A stretch of DNA of 64,000 nt. Source: Yuukianura sp. NJ FZ-2021 (Eukaryota). The stretch spans positions 4,340,001 to 4,404,000 of the forward strand of contig CM102286.1 in NCBI GenBank assembly GCA_046563655.1, given 5' to 3'. The translations under genes were made by a program, and so were the position numbers. The first letter of the stretch is position 1, and each line of letters starts with the position of its first letter. Below, one piece after another: positions 1 to 14,500 of this stretch. Below the pieces are notes generated by a model that was not told where the DNA came from, ran no database searches, and saw only the letters and a program-made list of their open reading frames with translations.

Positions 1-1178
1 CGAGTTAACAACAAACAGTGTTAAGGCACAACTCAATTTACTCATACTTTTGACATAATTAAACCAAACCTGGTTTTCAAAAATTATCTGAAAACACACC
101 TCGATTTCACAAAATCAATAAAGCTGAAATAAAATTTTGAAAACAAAATTCAATAACTTGAATGAGTCTAGAAAAAATTCAAACACCAGCGTCGCTTTAT
201 ATGTTATTGAATGCGTACAATCCGTTTCCCCTTCAACGTCAAGTTTTCAAATTCTCAAGTGACATGAGGTGGGATGCGAAGCTGCGGAGTTATGTAATGA
301 CTAGGTCATCAGAAGGTTCCTGTCACCATTAGCCCAGAAGCCTCTGGAACTCGAACCACTCTGTTCATTTTGAATAGTAGACGAAGCCTAACGCAAATTT
401 AATGAGGAAGCGTATCCATGACAGTGGAATCTGAGACAATGAAGAGGGATTTGGGATTTATTAAGAGTCATCACAGGGAAAGGACTGACAGACGGAGACC
501 AAGGCGTGTCTCTAGAGGCCATTTCATCTTCCAGTCGCTTCCATGAACCCAAATCCACTTTCTCCATGATCCGATTAACCTCGCATTGTTTCATCTATTC
601 ATTTCTGCGGCTAGAACTACTGTAGAGGTAGACTTACAAAGAGATTTCCAAACTACCCGCCCACCCGATAAGTTCCACGCAACCAGATAAACTGTGAAAG
701 GAAATGTAGGTCATCAGATACAAAACTGTTCTGAAATGAAGCGGTGGGCTACGTTTAGCACCGGCATAGAAGCTAAAATTGTCAAATAAAAAAAAATCTA
801 AGAATTCTCCGTACATGACAGAAGTTGCAGAACATGGCAACTTTCAGCTTCGAAGAAGTGATAATTTTATGTCCTTACTGAATGCCATTAAGTCCTCCTC
901 ATCAACATTTTTTAACGGTTTTTTTTAATTTGTAATAAAACAAAAGTACAAGTCATCCTTGAATTGATTGTGATCGTAAGAACATCGCTTTAACTCAGCT
1001 TAGGTTTACAAAAGCTGTATCAGCAAATGACTCATGTAGCATCTTGTTATCAGTTTAAGTTTCTATTTTAATATTAAGACCAGTTTTAAACTTAAACTGC
1101 CACGTCACAAAAGACCGTCAGTGAACATCTAGAGTGCATTCAAGGCGTTTGAATTTGAAGCAACCGGGGCTGAAAACA

Positions 1179-2528
1179 ATGGAACTCCAATACAACATTT
1201 ACTCACGGAAATTTTTGTTTCCAGCTTTCTTCCTTTTGTGCAAAGTTTATTTTACACTTTTTTACAAATACAACTACAGAACCTATATTCAAAACAGTTT
1301 GGTGTTCTTTGGTTCCGTCATTTTTGGAATCAACACGTTTAGCAGCGACTTGACGCCTCACTTGGAAAATTGTTTGCAACTTTGTAGGTTGATTAATGAG
1401 TTAAACACGAAAGTAAGGATAACCTCACTTCTCAGAACCCTTTTAAAACGTATTTCTAAAAACATTTAATACACATAGAGAATCATGCCGTAATATTGTT
1501 GCACTTTTTGTGTCAGATTGACGGTTACATTGAGTTTTTGGAAACTGAAAAGTCTTGGTTTGGACTGGGTCTGGAAGCTGATTTAGAAGCTTTTGAAGTT
1601 CAACTTGACGCAGTTCAAAATCAGATAATCGACAAATACTACAGTATTTTTATCAACCAAGGGTACTACACATTTGAACAAAAACAAGCTTTTTTAACGG
1701 AAATTTGGGACCAAGCTCTTCCTTCCCTGAATGATAGTGCAAGCAAAATCAATTCAAAGGTTAGAAAACGTTTTTAACTTATTTTTTTAAAATTGCTAAA
1801 TATTTAATTTTTCTAATAATATTTTCCGTAGAAAGAGAAGCTGATTTCGTTTATAAATGAAACAGTAACGCAGTCTAGCAGAGAAGGAAAACCAGAATGG
1901 TTGGAATCAGTCGTAGTCCTTCATCAATCGGGAATTCGAATGAGCAAAATGAATCCTAACGAGACCTGTTTTGATCCAGAGCTTCTCGAGGAATTATACA
2001 AATTATTTGCTCAGCTACAGCATGAGCAATTGAGAGACGATGGATACCTCTCTGCATACGAGTTATATGCTCGTATGATTCATGCTGCTTGGAGATTCGT
2101 TTTTTCGTTTTCAAACTTTTCGCTTAATTTCAAAATTGTAGATTTGCAAATGAATCAAATTCCGGCCTTCTTGAGCAAGAACGAACACGTGATTTCAAAC
2201 TTTTTCCCATGGGTGGCTAAGCAAAACAATCAAATGGCCGAGAAGAAAAGCATCGTGTTCAAAATGGTAAAAATGTTTTGTGTCTCATTCTAGTTTTTTA
2301 ATACCTAAACCAAACCCTTCAAAATATTATGCACGATATCGTTTTGTATTTTATAGTAATTATAATATTATCGTAACTCACTTTTTATTTTGGTAGATTA
2401 AAAGAATTCAAGAACAAGCGAAAAGGGAGTTGGAGATACTTGGAAAAAAACACGAGGACGTTCTTCATTCTGCAGCTCAAGTGAATGTTTGGCCGGTTTT
2501 GACTGCTCAAGATGACATTTATATTTAA
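1179..2528 (+). CDS. Multi-exon gene, protein of unknown function (about 5 exons)
   Basis: ORF fragments join in frame through GT-AG introns: ...NELNTK|gtaagg (~1411); exon ~1481-1759 (NHAVILLHFLCQ...KINSK|gttag); exon ~1832-2072; exon ~2141-2266; last exon ~2397-2528 (IKRIQEQAKRELE...DDIYI*). No recognisable domain; 5' end uncertain. Confidence 0.55.
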
Positions 2529-5500
2529 GGTTTCAGATTAATTCTTTTATATTCACTTTTAAAATTCTTTATTTTGTGTTACTAAAAAACACGTTTAATA
2601 CTAAACTTGTAGTCTTAATAGCTGCGGCGAACTGTTTAAAAATGATTTTCACCATCATCGGTAAATAAGTGTCACACATAACCAACAAAAAAGTTTTTTT
2701 TGAAGAGTCATCCACAATCTTAAACTCTTTCTTATGGAAGGCTCTCTCGCTCAGTTTCAAAACCTTCGTTTTCCTTCCATTTTTAAGGGTTTACGAAATG
2801 AAGGAGAAAGTTCACTTTCACTTTCATTTTCCCCAAGAACTTCATGAAGAAAAAGAGAAAGTGAGGCCAAAAGAACTTGAAATTGGTCTTTTCTTCTTCG
2901 TTTTCCTTCCAGAAGATCCGTTCTAACTCAAGTACAACATAACTTTTTTCACCAACAGAACTATATCCCAAACCCAGGAAGAAGCCACAGAGGAAAAACT
3001 TTTCTTTTTCAGAAGTGTTGAGAACGTACTCACGAAAGACATGTAATCATTGTAATAGATGAGTTCACAGGGTGTGTGAAACTTGGACAAAGTGTTACCC
3101 TTAATTAAGACAACTAAATGGGACTTAAATCCACTTGAATGGTTTTGGACTGGCCGCAATTCGGAAGTAATGGGTGAATTGAATCATAGTTAACTTCAAG
3201 TGCTAAACTTTACTTTTGGTCACTTGAGCAATTAATTAAAGCTACAATTTGCTCTTGGGTAGTTTTAAGGCTTATAACTTTTGTAAATAAAGTTACTAAA
3301 TTTGTGCCACTTTTGTGAGATCTTCATCCAAATGAAATGCGTTTTGCTGGAACTTCAGCAAAACGCATTTTTGGATTTTCCGAAACTTTTCAAAAAGATT
3401 TAAGGAAAATGATGTCCAGTGTGTCGTATTGGCGGAATAAAAAATTTTATAAAGCTTTCGCGAAAATAATTTTATTAAAGTCATAATTCAAAAATCCATT
3501 CTTCGAGCATTCTCTGACGTCCTAACCTGTAATAATTTGTGCTCGCATTGACATCATGACATCCTCATTTTAGTTACGCATTTCCACACTAGAAGTTCAC
3601 TTGAATTCACATTTTCCTTTTCAAGAAAAACTAGGCTTCGGTGCCATAGAAATCCTTTGAGCCCTTGCGAGTACTTGAAGCCCTTCAAAGGAAAAGTAGT
3701 AATTGAATAAGTCACACAGGCAGTCCAGCAGGGCGAAAGATCATAAATCAAGTGGATTTCCATTTCATGCTCCCTAATCTCCTCACACGATTAATCTCTT
3801 ACAACTCGAATTTGTTCCCAGATACCCGATTTACCCAAAAGTTTTTCAACTCAAGTTCGGTGTTCTGAAGAGACGAGGTCACTGTAATAGGCCTAAGCCT
3901 AACCTAGGACAAGCAAAATGAACCCTCGAGTCATTCAAAACCAGAGGTTTTGTGCTCGTTCGGTTACTCAAGTTCGGCTCAAATGATTTCAAATAATGGC
4001 GCACTCATTTTGACGTATGTTGTGGCAGAGCTCAAAAGCGGATAACATCAAAGCAGTACCGAAAACACGAACGCTTATGTTCTGTTTTCTTTGTTTTCTG
4101 TTGCAAGCATACAGTAATAACAAAAACCTAAAGCTTTTCAAAAAATTTTTGAAAACTTTCACAAAAATTTGAAAAAGTTACTGCGTAGGTTCATGTTAGC
4201 TGAAGTGTAGTTCAATATAATATGTGGGTGAAGTATATAAAGCTCAGTAGATCAAATGAGGTTAGACAAGCTTTCTGTTTTGATTGGATAAAATGAGAAA
4301 GTTCATTTTGTTTTCCCGCCTTTTACTGCTCCGATCAGTCACACTGCTTTTTGATGACTTACTTCAAGTTCAATTTCTCCGGAGGCTTTGTTCAAAAAAA
4401 GTAAAGTCTTGTTCAAAAAAGTCAATTTGAGAAATAGGTGTCGAGAGGAAAAGCTGCGCTGATGACCACTTAGGAAGAAGGCGGAGAAGAAAGTAGCAAA
4501 GAAAGTCCATCTACTTTCTCCCATCAGATCAAATCAACTCAAAGTTCCATTCGCTGTTTTCTCCCTATCGTCATCCCCACATGGCACATCAATCTGGAAC
4601 TACAAGGTTGCGCCAAGCCATAAAAAATAAAAAAGCCCGCAGTTTTTCAAAAAAGAAAGTCCGCCAGAGCTGTATTCAGTTTATGCTTTCCAATTTGGCA
4701 CCTCTTGCCTAAGATTAGCAAAATTACTTGATAATTACTGCCTGTTTGTGCTATATTTTAATAGCCGTTTTTGGACACGCCGAGACCAAAATTTTAGAAA
4801 TTTTGGAAAAACTGGCTCCAATTTAGCACCAAGGTGGAAATCCCCTGAGAAAGTCCCATCTGGCACTGGGCGGGAAACAACGGTTGTTGCAGTGACGCTG
4901 CTGGAATCCAAGCACTTTCGATGATGCCTGTATCACACAGCGGGCAGACAAAGGCGGGAAATGAAAAATAATGGGTGAGGGCTTAAATTTGGTAAATTTG
5001 AGACACTTCCAGCGTAACACCTACGGCTCATATGAGGAGGGCCTTAGAAGTAAAGAATGCGTCATCACTTGGGATTCAGTTAACAAAGTTCGTTGCGCCT
5101 AATGGTTGAGCGTAACCAACAAATTGTTGCTCACTTGTCACTGTTTAGCACTTCCATTACAAACTAGACTAAATTTAGGCGGTAGTCATTAACTAAACCT
5201 AAAGTATCCACCTTAGAATAAGATTAATTTTGCCAAAACTTTGGAACTAACCATCATTTGACTTGTTTAAACGAACATTAGTTACATACGTTGGAAGATT
5301 CACAGTTACACACTTTCGTTACTGTAAAAATTTTGTAACGTGTGCGAGGTAAACTAACTTAATACCTAGATGTAATCTTTCCGTTTTGTGTTGTTGTTTT
5401 TTCATTTTGATTTTCAGATAATCCAAATTTTTCGTGAAACGCTCATGAAATAATAGGTTACACAAGTTTTTACTTTGGAGTAAACCAGAAAATTCGAGAA

Positions 5501-8500
5501 GTGAATTTTAATTTTTGGGTTTACAAGTTCATGTTAACAAAAATTTGAGTTGTGGCAGTCAAATTCAAAATGATAGATTGAAAAACGTGAAGAAAAGACC
5601 ACCCTTTCCGTGCTCAATTAATTGAATGACCGCACGAACTTCCGCTTTTGTACTTGTATTCATGCGTTCCCGCCTTCTTTCTCCCTAATCCAAATCACAT
5701 AGTCATGTGGACAAAGGATTAAAAGAGCGGTTGGCAATTGAATCGAGGACAAACCGCTTACGTTTCGTCTCCCTCTGTGCTTGAACTTTGCTAGCGACAA
5801 GGTAAAGTTTTTTGTTCATGAAGGGGAGTAACTATACGTAGAGAGGAAAAGTGCTCTAATTAATTTCCCATGGCACTGCACCATAATTTGAAATCCATTA
5901 TGTTCAATTTGAATCCATTCGGTTGGCATTAATTTTTCAGAGAAAGTGATCCACAAACTGTTTGACAAGGGGACTCCGAACTTTATCAGACATTTGTATC
6001 GACACCCTTCAACGCCAACATTTCCTGACAACAAGCATAAGGGCCATTTAGCGCTGAACGCTGAAAGTGTCTCAAAATTTGACACACTGCTAACGGCAAT
6101 GAAGATTTTGGACCGATTAGTGAAAATGATCCGAAAAGTGTACATGCATTTTATTTATTGTCACTCAGCTTGAAAAACTAACTTCAAAAATGAAGCTGCG
6201 GTCTTTCCTGTTGTTTCCAGTGTAAAAAGCTAAAAAAAAATGGACGCTGCAGGGAACCGAGCGATTCTGTAACGACGGAAACGGAATTACCACCCACTCC
6301 AATCCGGGAATCGAATTTGTTTCATGTCCACTTGCACATTGGTCATCCCTGCTGGAGACACGTCGTAACACTGAGAAACGGAAACTTGCTTGTCAAACTC
6401 TACTTCCCATGGGTTTTGGCTGGAAACCTACGTCAAATGGATTTTTTTCTAAACAAGACCATATTTCATATTTTCGTTTACAGAAAAATCAATTTTTAAA
6501 AAGTGTTACATATTGGGCTTAACAGTGTCTCAAAACCAGGAGGCTTCTACTGTAGAAAGAATTTCCAAAATTTTATTTTTCATACAAGATAAAAAGTAAA
6601 TGAGAATATCCCGTTTTTTTTGTTCCCAGTTTTTAACGGCGGGTGAAACTATACTGCCAGCGCTGCAATTGTAAGTGCATTTTTGGAATGGCTTTTTAAA
6701 AACGAAGACGGAAATATTTGGAGCCCGAAAAAAGCATTAGCTTTAATGGTTTAGAACTCATAGAAAGACGGAAACAAGACCCAAACTAAAAGTACTTTCT
6801 AAAACACACATCCATTTCTTTCTCCCCTTGGATTGTCTCTACCCCAGCTTTTACTAACGACAAGATCCTCCTCCTTCCTAAGTCAATATCTTTTCCAACT
6901 TATAAATGAAACTCAGGGAAGCTGACCATTCCCCGTTGGGGCAATGTCCAAAGTAACTAGATTTCAATTTACAAAAACCCGCGTATTTCTTGAATTTTCT
7001 CTCCCCTTTGCTTTCCCTGTCCGGATCTCAAACATCAAAATCAAGCATCATTGGCTCATCCATCCCCTCCCGAATAACAAACGAACTGACTTCCCTCTCC
7101 AGTTTCCATCATCCCTACATTTGACTTTCCAAAGCACAAAAGCACCCACTGAGGTATTCATTTCAAAATCTACACAAAAGAAGACTGAAATTCCCAAAAG
7201 TGAGTCAGAGAGAGAAGTTCCATTAGGAAAATCAAAGGCAGAGACAATTTCATAACGCATCATCACCTGCCAATCTTCTCAGCCAGGATGGAATTCCATC
7301 CGCCAAAGCAAAATATCTACAAAGTTATTTTCAGAATTCAGCAAATTGGCAGGGGCAGTGAGCAACAAAGGCAGCAACGGATTTTGTTTTGCCTTTGACG
7401 AGCCTGGTTTTCTCTTATTTTAGATTTCTGATTTTAGGAAGAAAGCAAAGAAAGCAGCGCGTGGATCGCTGATTGAATTAGGGTGCTGGGGATGTAGTTG
7501 GATTGAGGCTTGTGTTGGGTCCTTGTTGATAAATTGCTGTCCTTAGGCTGCACGACATAAATCATGGCCTCCACTCACCTGGACATGGAAATATGTCACT
7601 AACACGCCAACTCTAATGATTTTCAGGGTGTGTACCTTTGAACTAAATATTTAAAATACAATTTTAATTCATTAAGTTGAATTTTAGATCGGAATATTTT
7701 CATTTTAATTCATTCATGCAACACGCTTTCCAGTTTTTACAATTCGTCCAAGTTGCTGCAACTCCAGCTGAGATACACCGCTGTGATGCAACTCTGTATC
7801 AAATTGTGCAAGAAAAAAAAAACTTTGAGAATTAGGATCGCACATCTTCCCGTAAGCGAAAAATTTATGTTTCTTGTTTCCTCCTTTTTTGTGGAAAAAA
7901 AAATTACAAAAGCCTTCCCAGAACGCTTCTGCCGAGCAACTTTATTTTAGGTTTTTGGTGAAAATATAAAATATTGTGTAGTTTTATATCCAAGAAGAGA
8001 AAGTTCCTTTTAGAACAGAGGTGGACTCCCTTGTCTCAAATTAAATGGACTCCCAATGGTGTCGTAGGAACGGCGGTGCAATTAATTACAAAGATGTTCC
8101 TACCATCTAAAGATAACTTCACTACAGCTTTTGCTTTTTGGTCTAAAGAGAAAAGCTTAGTTGGCCCAACAGTAAAAGTTGGATAACAGCATTCACTTGT
8201 ACAAGAAGTCTCAAGAAAAAGCTTTATGCATTTTCAGATTGAGCCAATAGAAACAAGAGCAGTGTATTTTCTAAGCAAATTCTAAAACACTACGTAAAAC
8301 AAACGTTGTTCACTAAAGATATCACTTTATTAGCTTAACAAAGTTACCTAGGTTAAGCGCTCTAAAACATTGAATTTTAACCGCCTGTACACACCTGAGC
8401 ATACAACGTGAAGAATGAACAAAATTTAATAACTACACCAAAGAAGTTGAAAAAGTGCTGTTACATGTCACATGAAGCAAGCAGTGTTAATTACTGTCTT

Positions 8501-11500
8501 TAAGCTTAACATCAAAATTCAGTTAGAAATTAGTGCAATTTTCGGTAATTTAGGTTTTAGAAAGTGACAACAGACGTTGCTTAGGGTTTGAATTCCAGTT
8601 TTTCACGCTGTGCAGAAGTTTAACGACCTATGTCAAATTTGCTCTGAAATCTTTGTTACGCTTTGGAATATAAAACATACGAGCAAAAGGCGTTTAAATG
8701 GTGGCTAGGATTTTCAAAAATACTTGTTTTTCGTGAAGTTGAAAATGTCAACTGGTCGATTTTATAAATTCAAATGCCAAAGGCTTTTCATCGACTAATA
8801 GCATGAAGTGAAATAATATCCATTGTTCGATATTAGGTTTCTTCTTAAGTTGAATTTGCAAAATAAAAGGTTTATGGTAATTTTCTTTTGAAAAACGATG
8901 TCTTAATATTTTGTTGTTTAACTGTTCGCCAGGTTTTAGCGAAAGTCAATTCCAAAAACAGTAATTAACATCATCCACAGTAAATTCCAAAAGCTTCGAA
9001 AATTTAGTGGTAGGCGTGCAATACCATTCAATGTCACATGAGTTACGTTGTTAAATAGAATTCGGTATTACCAACAATAGCGGAGTACACAGTGCAGGTT
9101 TAGTTAATTTTCATGACCTTTGGGAAATTGCAAGCCAACGGAAATCGGTGCTGAAAATCAGCTCAACTCATCTAATTCCTGCAACGCATTTCTTAAAGGT
9201 TGGTTTCACTTTAGAAACCTATAATTACAACATTAGTCAAATATCGAATTTCGTTTGTACAAACTGGTGCATGCGAAAATGAGAAAGCTTGACCTTCAGA
9301 GCATTGAAAGTTAAAATTCATTTTTGATGAATTTTTTTAAAAACAATGACGGTAGAGAATATCAAATAAGAATTTTTTTTGAAATCTAAAGTCAATCTCA
9401 TAAAATTTGAAAATTGTTCGCCGAAAAATGTTGCAGAAATTCTAGGTAGCTCGGATCATAATTTTTTGGGCAAAACATTTGTCGTGGGATGAGTGCAAGC
9501 ACGTACTGAAACACGGAAGACGTCGCTTTCACCGCCACGGCATTGTTTACCAAGAACCTGGAGCGTAGCGGTGCCGTGGACAAAGACAAGGAAAGTACAT
9601 TTATTGACAGAATGGAAAAGGAAGAGAGAAAGTTCTTTTGAGACTTGAAGAAGTGGAAGTTAGATTGGCCACGGGAGCATTTTTGGGCACTTCTTTTGTT
9701 GTTTTTTCCCATTTCTGCCCTACTTTCTCTTGCAGAAAGGCCCTCAGAGTCCGATTCTGGAGTCTATCTGAAGAGGACAGTCTAGAGAAATCTTCTAGAA
9801 GAATAGATGATACTTGTTGAAAATATGAACGCAGACACTAACCAACCGTGAAGCCTCCTTCAGAGATACAAAGATACTCTAGAACTTTTCATTGTTTTTA
9901 TTTTTGTTTATCTAGAAGTTTCATGTGCTGCCTGAAGATGATGAGTTGGAGGTGTGAAGTTTATGTCTTAGTTTAGCACCTCTAAAAGTGGTCTAGGTTT
10001 TATGATACAATCAAACATGCACAACAGTTATATCTCTTACTTAAGTCAACACTTTATGAATACTAAACTCAATTTTGGTTCCAAGTTTATGGTTTAAGTG
10101 TAATTTGATTAAGGTGCTTAACGAACTCCCTGCCACTAAAACTTTTAGTGTTCCAAAATATCACAAAGTTTGCTATTTCATGGGAATACTTTCCAAACTA
10201 TGTTAAACCAAAAAGAGAAAGTTAACCTGCAAATTTTATAAACGCGGAAGCAGAAATGAATCTAAAATCTTTCAAAAAATTTACATTGTTATGAACATGG
10301 CGAATTGAATGTTTCCGTTTTCCATTTCCTTGCCTAAAAATACTGCAGGTCGAGAATAAGTTTCTTGTCAAAGCAGTATGATTGATGATCAGATTTTCTT
10401 GATATCTGACTAAAAAGAGCCAAAAATAATTGTTTACTTTTTTTTCATAAACAATATGAAATTCTACCTGCTAAACTTGTTTACGATAACGATGACTGCG
10501 TCACTCCATTTCTAAAAACGGATTTTTGGAAAGCAAAAGAAAAAGTGAACTTTCTCTTCAGTGCGTTTGAAATCGGCAATAGTTGGAGCAGTTATGTTTG
10601 TGTGTGTGTTTCTGAAAATGCTTTTTCGCGTGCCTCTAATGTTTGTCTTGTACAAACAGAAAAGAGTAAAGGTGCCTGGAAGAATCTTATTAAAATAAAT
10701 TTGTTTGTAGTCCAATGTTCAGGTTTTTTTTATAAACTTACTGTTTAGAACTTTTGAAAAGTGAAACACTGAGCAGAAAGCCTGCAATTTAACATCGATA
10801 AGGGAAATTCATCATTAGGATTGCGTGTAAAACTGCTGAAAATGTTTTGTTTTGCAACAAAAAATTAAAACAAAAAAACGTGCAAGGGTTACACAAAAGT
10901 TTGGTAAAAATGTTGCAACGTTAACGACCTAGTTATTAGTTTTATGCTACTGATGTTACGGGATAACGCCTATCCTCATGTGTTTTACTTTAAAAAAATT
11001 GTAAAATGTTGGAACATGCGCTTTTCAGTTTCGAGAAACATGGGCATTACTGATATAACATTCCTGGAATGAACCAATTTGTTTTCCATGGACAACTACT
11101 TGTGACTTACGACACTTTACCCCTTACCCCTGCTAATCCCCACCCCTTTACCCCTACTAAGTCCCCTCTTCCCTCATCATACTATGCATTATTTGCCTTT
11201 TCGTTTTATAAATGAGGCATGGAGGTTCTTTGGTAATAATATCCGGAAAGTACCGATTCTGACATAGGGGAAGGTTCCTGCTGGAAGCCAATAAAAAGTA
11301 ATGATGGGTCGAACAAACTAAAAAAAATCGACGGGGAAAAATTTGAACAGAATATTTGGAGAAAAGGCTTTTCGCCAAATATTAAATTCTCTGAGAAGGC
11401 ATTGTACTTAGCTTCAATCCAGCGTTCCAATTTAAACAGAAGTGTGATGTGCAACGTTTTCTTAAATGAAAATCCCGCCACTTTATTTAAAATCCCTTCA

Positions 11501-14500
11501 CCATTTTTCAAAAATTGGAATTCATGTTGCTTCGTAAATTTTGTTTGAGATGGTCTAAGTCCTAGTCATATGCTCCTTCACATGTAAGGCTACAAAGAAT
11601 TTCTTCTTGATTTCAGCAATGAAACATCACTTTGCGGAAACCTGTGCGACATAAGTCTGTGATGTTCTGCGTGTCTAATGTGGGTTTGTGTCAAGAGATA
11701 TGATGGATGGCATGGATGAAATTGGGATTAAAAATACATGAGAGACTCACGGCTAAGGTAGAAAGATGAAAAATCTACTTGGGACTTTTAGAGCATTTAA
11801 TCATGAAAAAGTTCACCTCTGACATGATTATTTTGCAAATTGTGACAAATTGATCACCTTATGCCTCCATGTTCTGCCGTGATTTCAGTGTCACTTGGGA
11901 ACTACTTCATCCACATCGCTTGTCAAAGTTTGTGGTTTTTAGGCACGAAGTGAATTCTTGCAAAAATTTAATCACGGCATTCCGTTTTCTACGCTTCATT
12001 TATTACGTGAAATGAAAAACCAAACAAATGAAATGGAATACAGTGAAAGCGAATAATGGCGTTTGTGATATGAAGTTTGTATTAAGAAGTTATCGATTGA
12101 TGCTCGGTAATGCGAAATTTTTTGGTCGTCAGCGTTCTGCATGTAAATAAAGTGGTTTGCATTTCATAAGGTCAAAGGAGTTGACATATTCAATTACAAT
12201 GTCAAAAAGTCCAAAGTTGGTTGAATACGGAATTGGACATAAAATGTATAAATAAATATGAAAAAGTCAAGTTTAGGAGACGGAAACCCGCTGGCCAGCC
12301 CACTTGTCAAACTTCTGAAACTTTGACCATAACTAACAAGTATGAGAATGTAAATGTGACATGTGGGAAAGTTATAATGTAAAATACTCAACCATTTCAC
12401 TTCTTATTATGCAAACAGCTTTCTTCAAGTTGGCCAGCACAAGAAGGGAGGAGGACAAGAGCTCAAAAGTTCAAAATGCTGCTTCTGATTCTGTTCCAAG
12501 TTGGCGTTCATAGGGAGCGGCAGGAAAGTATAAAAATCCAGAGCTTTGTCTCTGTCAGGAAGTGTGCTTGACTTGAGAGAGTCCGAAGTACTACATTTTG
12601 TCTGAGGCAGAGCCAAGAGCCCAGCAGAGAAAGTGGAGAAAGTAGTGAAAACATTAAAATGACAAAGGGCAAAAGTTATAAGGTGTCCCATATATATTGA
12701 CTACGGCAATAAAAGAGCTGTTTCGATTCTCTTGCGCTCCAAGGACTTCCAAAGCGTCTCTTGCTTTTTCTTCCTTCTTTTTTGAAAAAGAAGTGGACAT
12801 TTTAAACAAAAAAAATCAGTAGAAACGCTGCAAAAGAAAAGCAAAAACGAAAAATTGCATGGTCATTTGGTTTGAGTATTTTCAGTTGGTTCTTTTAAAA
12901 CAAATATAAATTACACACAAATATTAATATAAAATAAATGTTTTCTTCAAAAACCAAACTTGGAATCAATTGTTTCAATAACAATCTTTCTTGTTGAGCG
13001 AAACTTTTTCCGCGGACTCTTTTGCTGCTTTCTGTTTAGGTTTTAAAAAGTTGAAAAAAAATCATTCACTCTAATATCTGTAGAGTACACTCCGTTGGCT
13101 AGGATTACTTTTTTTTGGATAAAATATTTTGTTTTTACATTTATTATCCGAAAAAATCACAAAGACTGCAGTGCGTAACTAAATTCAAAGTTTTCCTCCA
13201 AGGCAATTATGGTGCCATCATTTTCCCAAAGCCTATCGTCATCATGTAGGGGAAAAATCCATCGTTAGCACACAAAGACTTTTGCAGCAAAATCGAGAAC
13301 CGAATTACGCCGTGTTCCCTATCCAGTTTAACACTGTTTATCAGAATACCGAAAACAGAAAATTCGAATAAACTGTAGCAAAAATTTTGAAAAAAAATTT
13401 ATTTTGAGGGAATACATGCCAGTTCCTTTGAAGTGTAAAACACGATTGATTTGATTAAACATTTAATCTTGGGAAAAATTATGGTCGATTTTTTATGTTT
13501 GGAAACTTTGTTCCAGTTGTGTAGACAAACAACATCTAACTAAAAAAAATTGGAAAAAACTTATTTGACAAAAATAATGAAGTTATCTATACTATGCTTC
13601 ATGTGTTTTTGTCACTGTTGATTTATTTTTTGGATTTGGGAGAAATTGAAATTGTTTTCTCCCCTACAAACAAATGTTTAGTCCCATTTCCCAAAGACTT
13701 AACTCAATTCTGTTTTCATTTTGATTCCAATGAACAGTTCTTCCATTCATTAATTCCTGTTGCTTTTTTTTCTCGCTCGGAGAAAGTCGCATGCTTGGCT
13801 CCCCTTCGACATTCGACTTTTTGTGACTTACGGTGGGTTTAATGAAAATCCAAATAAAAGGCATGGAGGGAAAGCAGAGGAAATATCGAAAGAGTAAAGA
13901 GGCAAACGGGAAGAGGGTGACATAATACGATTTAAACCTATTCAATCTCGCACTTTCCTTTGACTCCAGCCCCTCTTCGTTTCAAAAACTCCACGAAAAA
14001 TCCTAGTCTAAATCCAGAGAGGAAAAAATGCACAATTGTGTTGACTTAAGGAGTAATGGGAATTGAGGGAGAAAGTGGATGTAGCATCATCGTGTTCCCC
14101 TGTACGATGTATGTAACATAACGTCGGTATAGAACATTATCGACATTGTACTGTAAATAGCAGTTTCTGAGTGCCTACATTGCTCTGAGGGATGGAGGAA
14201 TCATGAAAGTGAAAGTGTGAATTATTGTTGGGATTTGGAAAAGGAAAGTGACTGTACCTAAGTCTCCATTTTTTCAAAAGAGAAAGCCACTCCCGGGCTA
14301 AAGGACATTAGGTTTATTCTCGTAAGCCTTTTTGAAATTGAAGATAATGGCGTCAGATGGATCAGGATTTTGAATTTTTGAATCTCGGATTATTTCCTTC
14401 CCTTCACCCTATTCTCCTGTTAACTTTTTTTATTTTTGACTTTTAGCATATTTCGGACACATGAGTACATTTTTGCACATTTTTTGCTTCTAACAACGTA

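Noticed and set aside
388..910. Possible minus-strand exons near the left edge (donor GTAAGT at ~637)
   Set aside because: I could not assemble a consistent frame or recognise a product.
6165..6385. Good minus-strand acceptor (TTTCCGTTTCTCAG) with an open phase-1 frame as exon 2 of the large gene
   Set aside because: No recognisable domain or clear donor; unsupported without RNA data.
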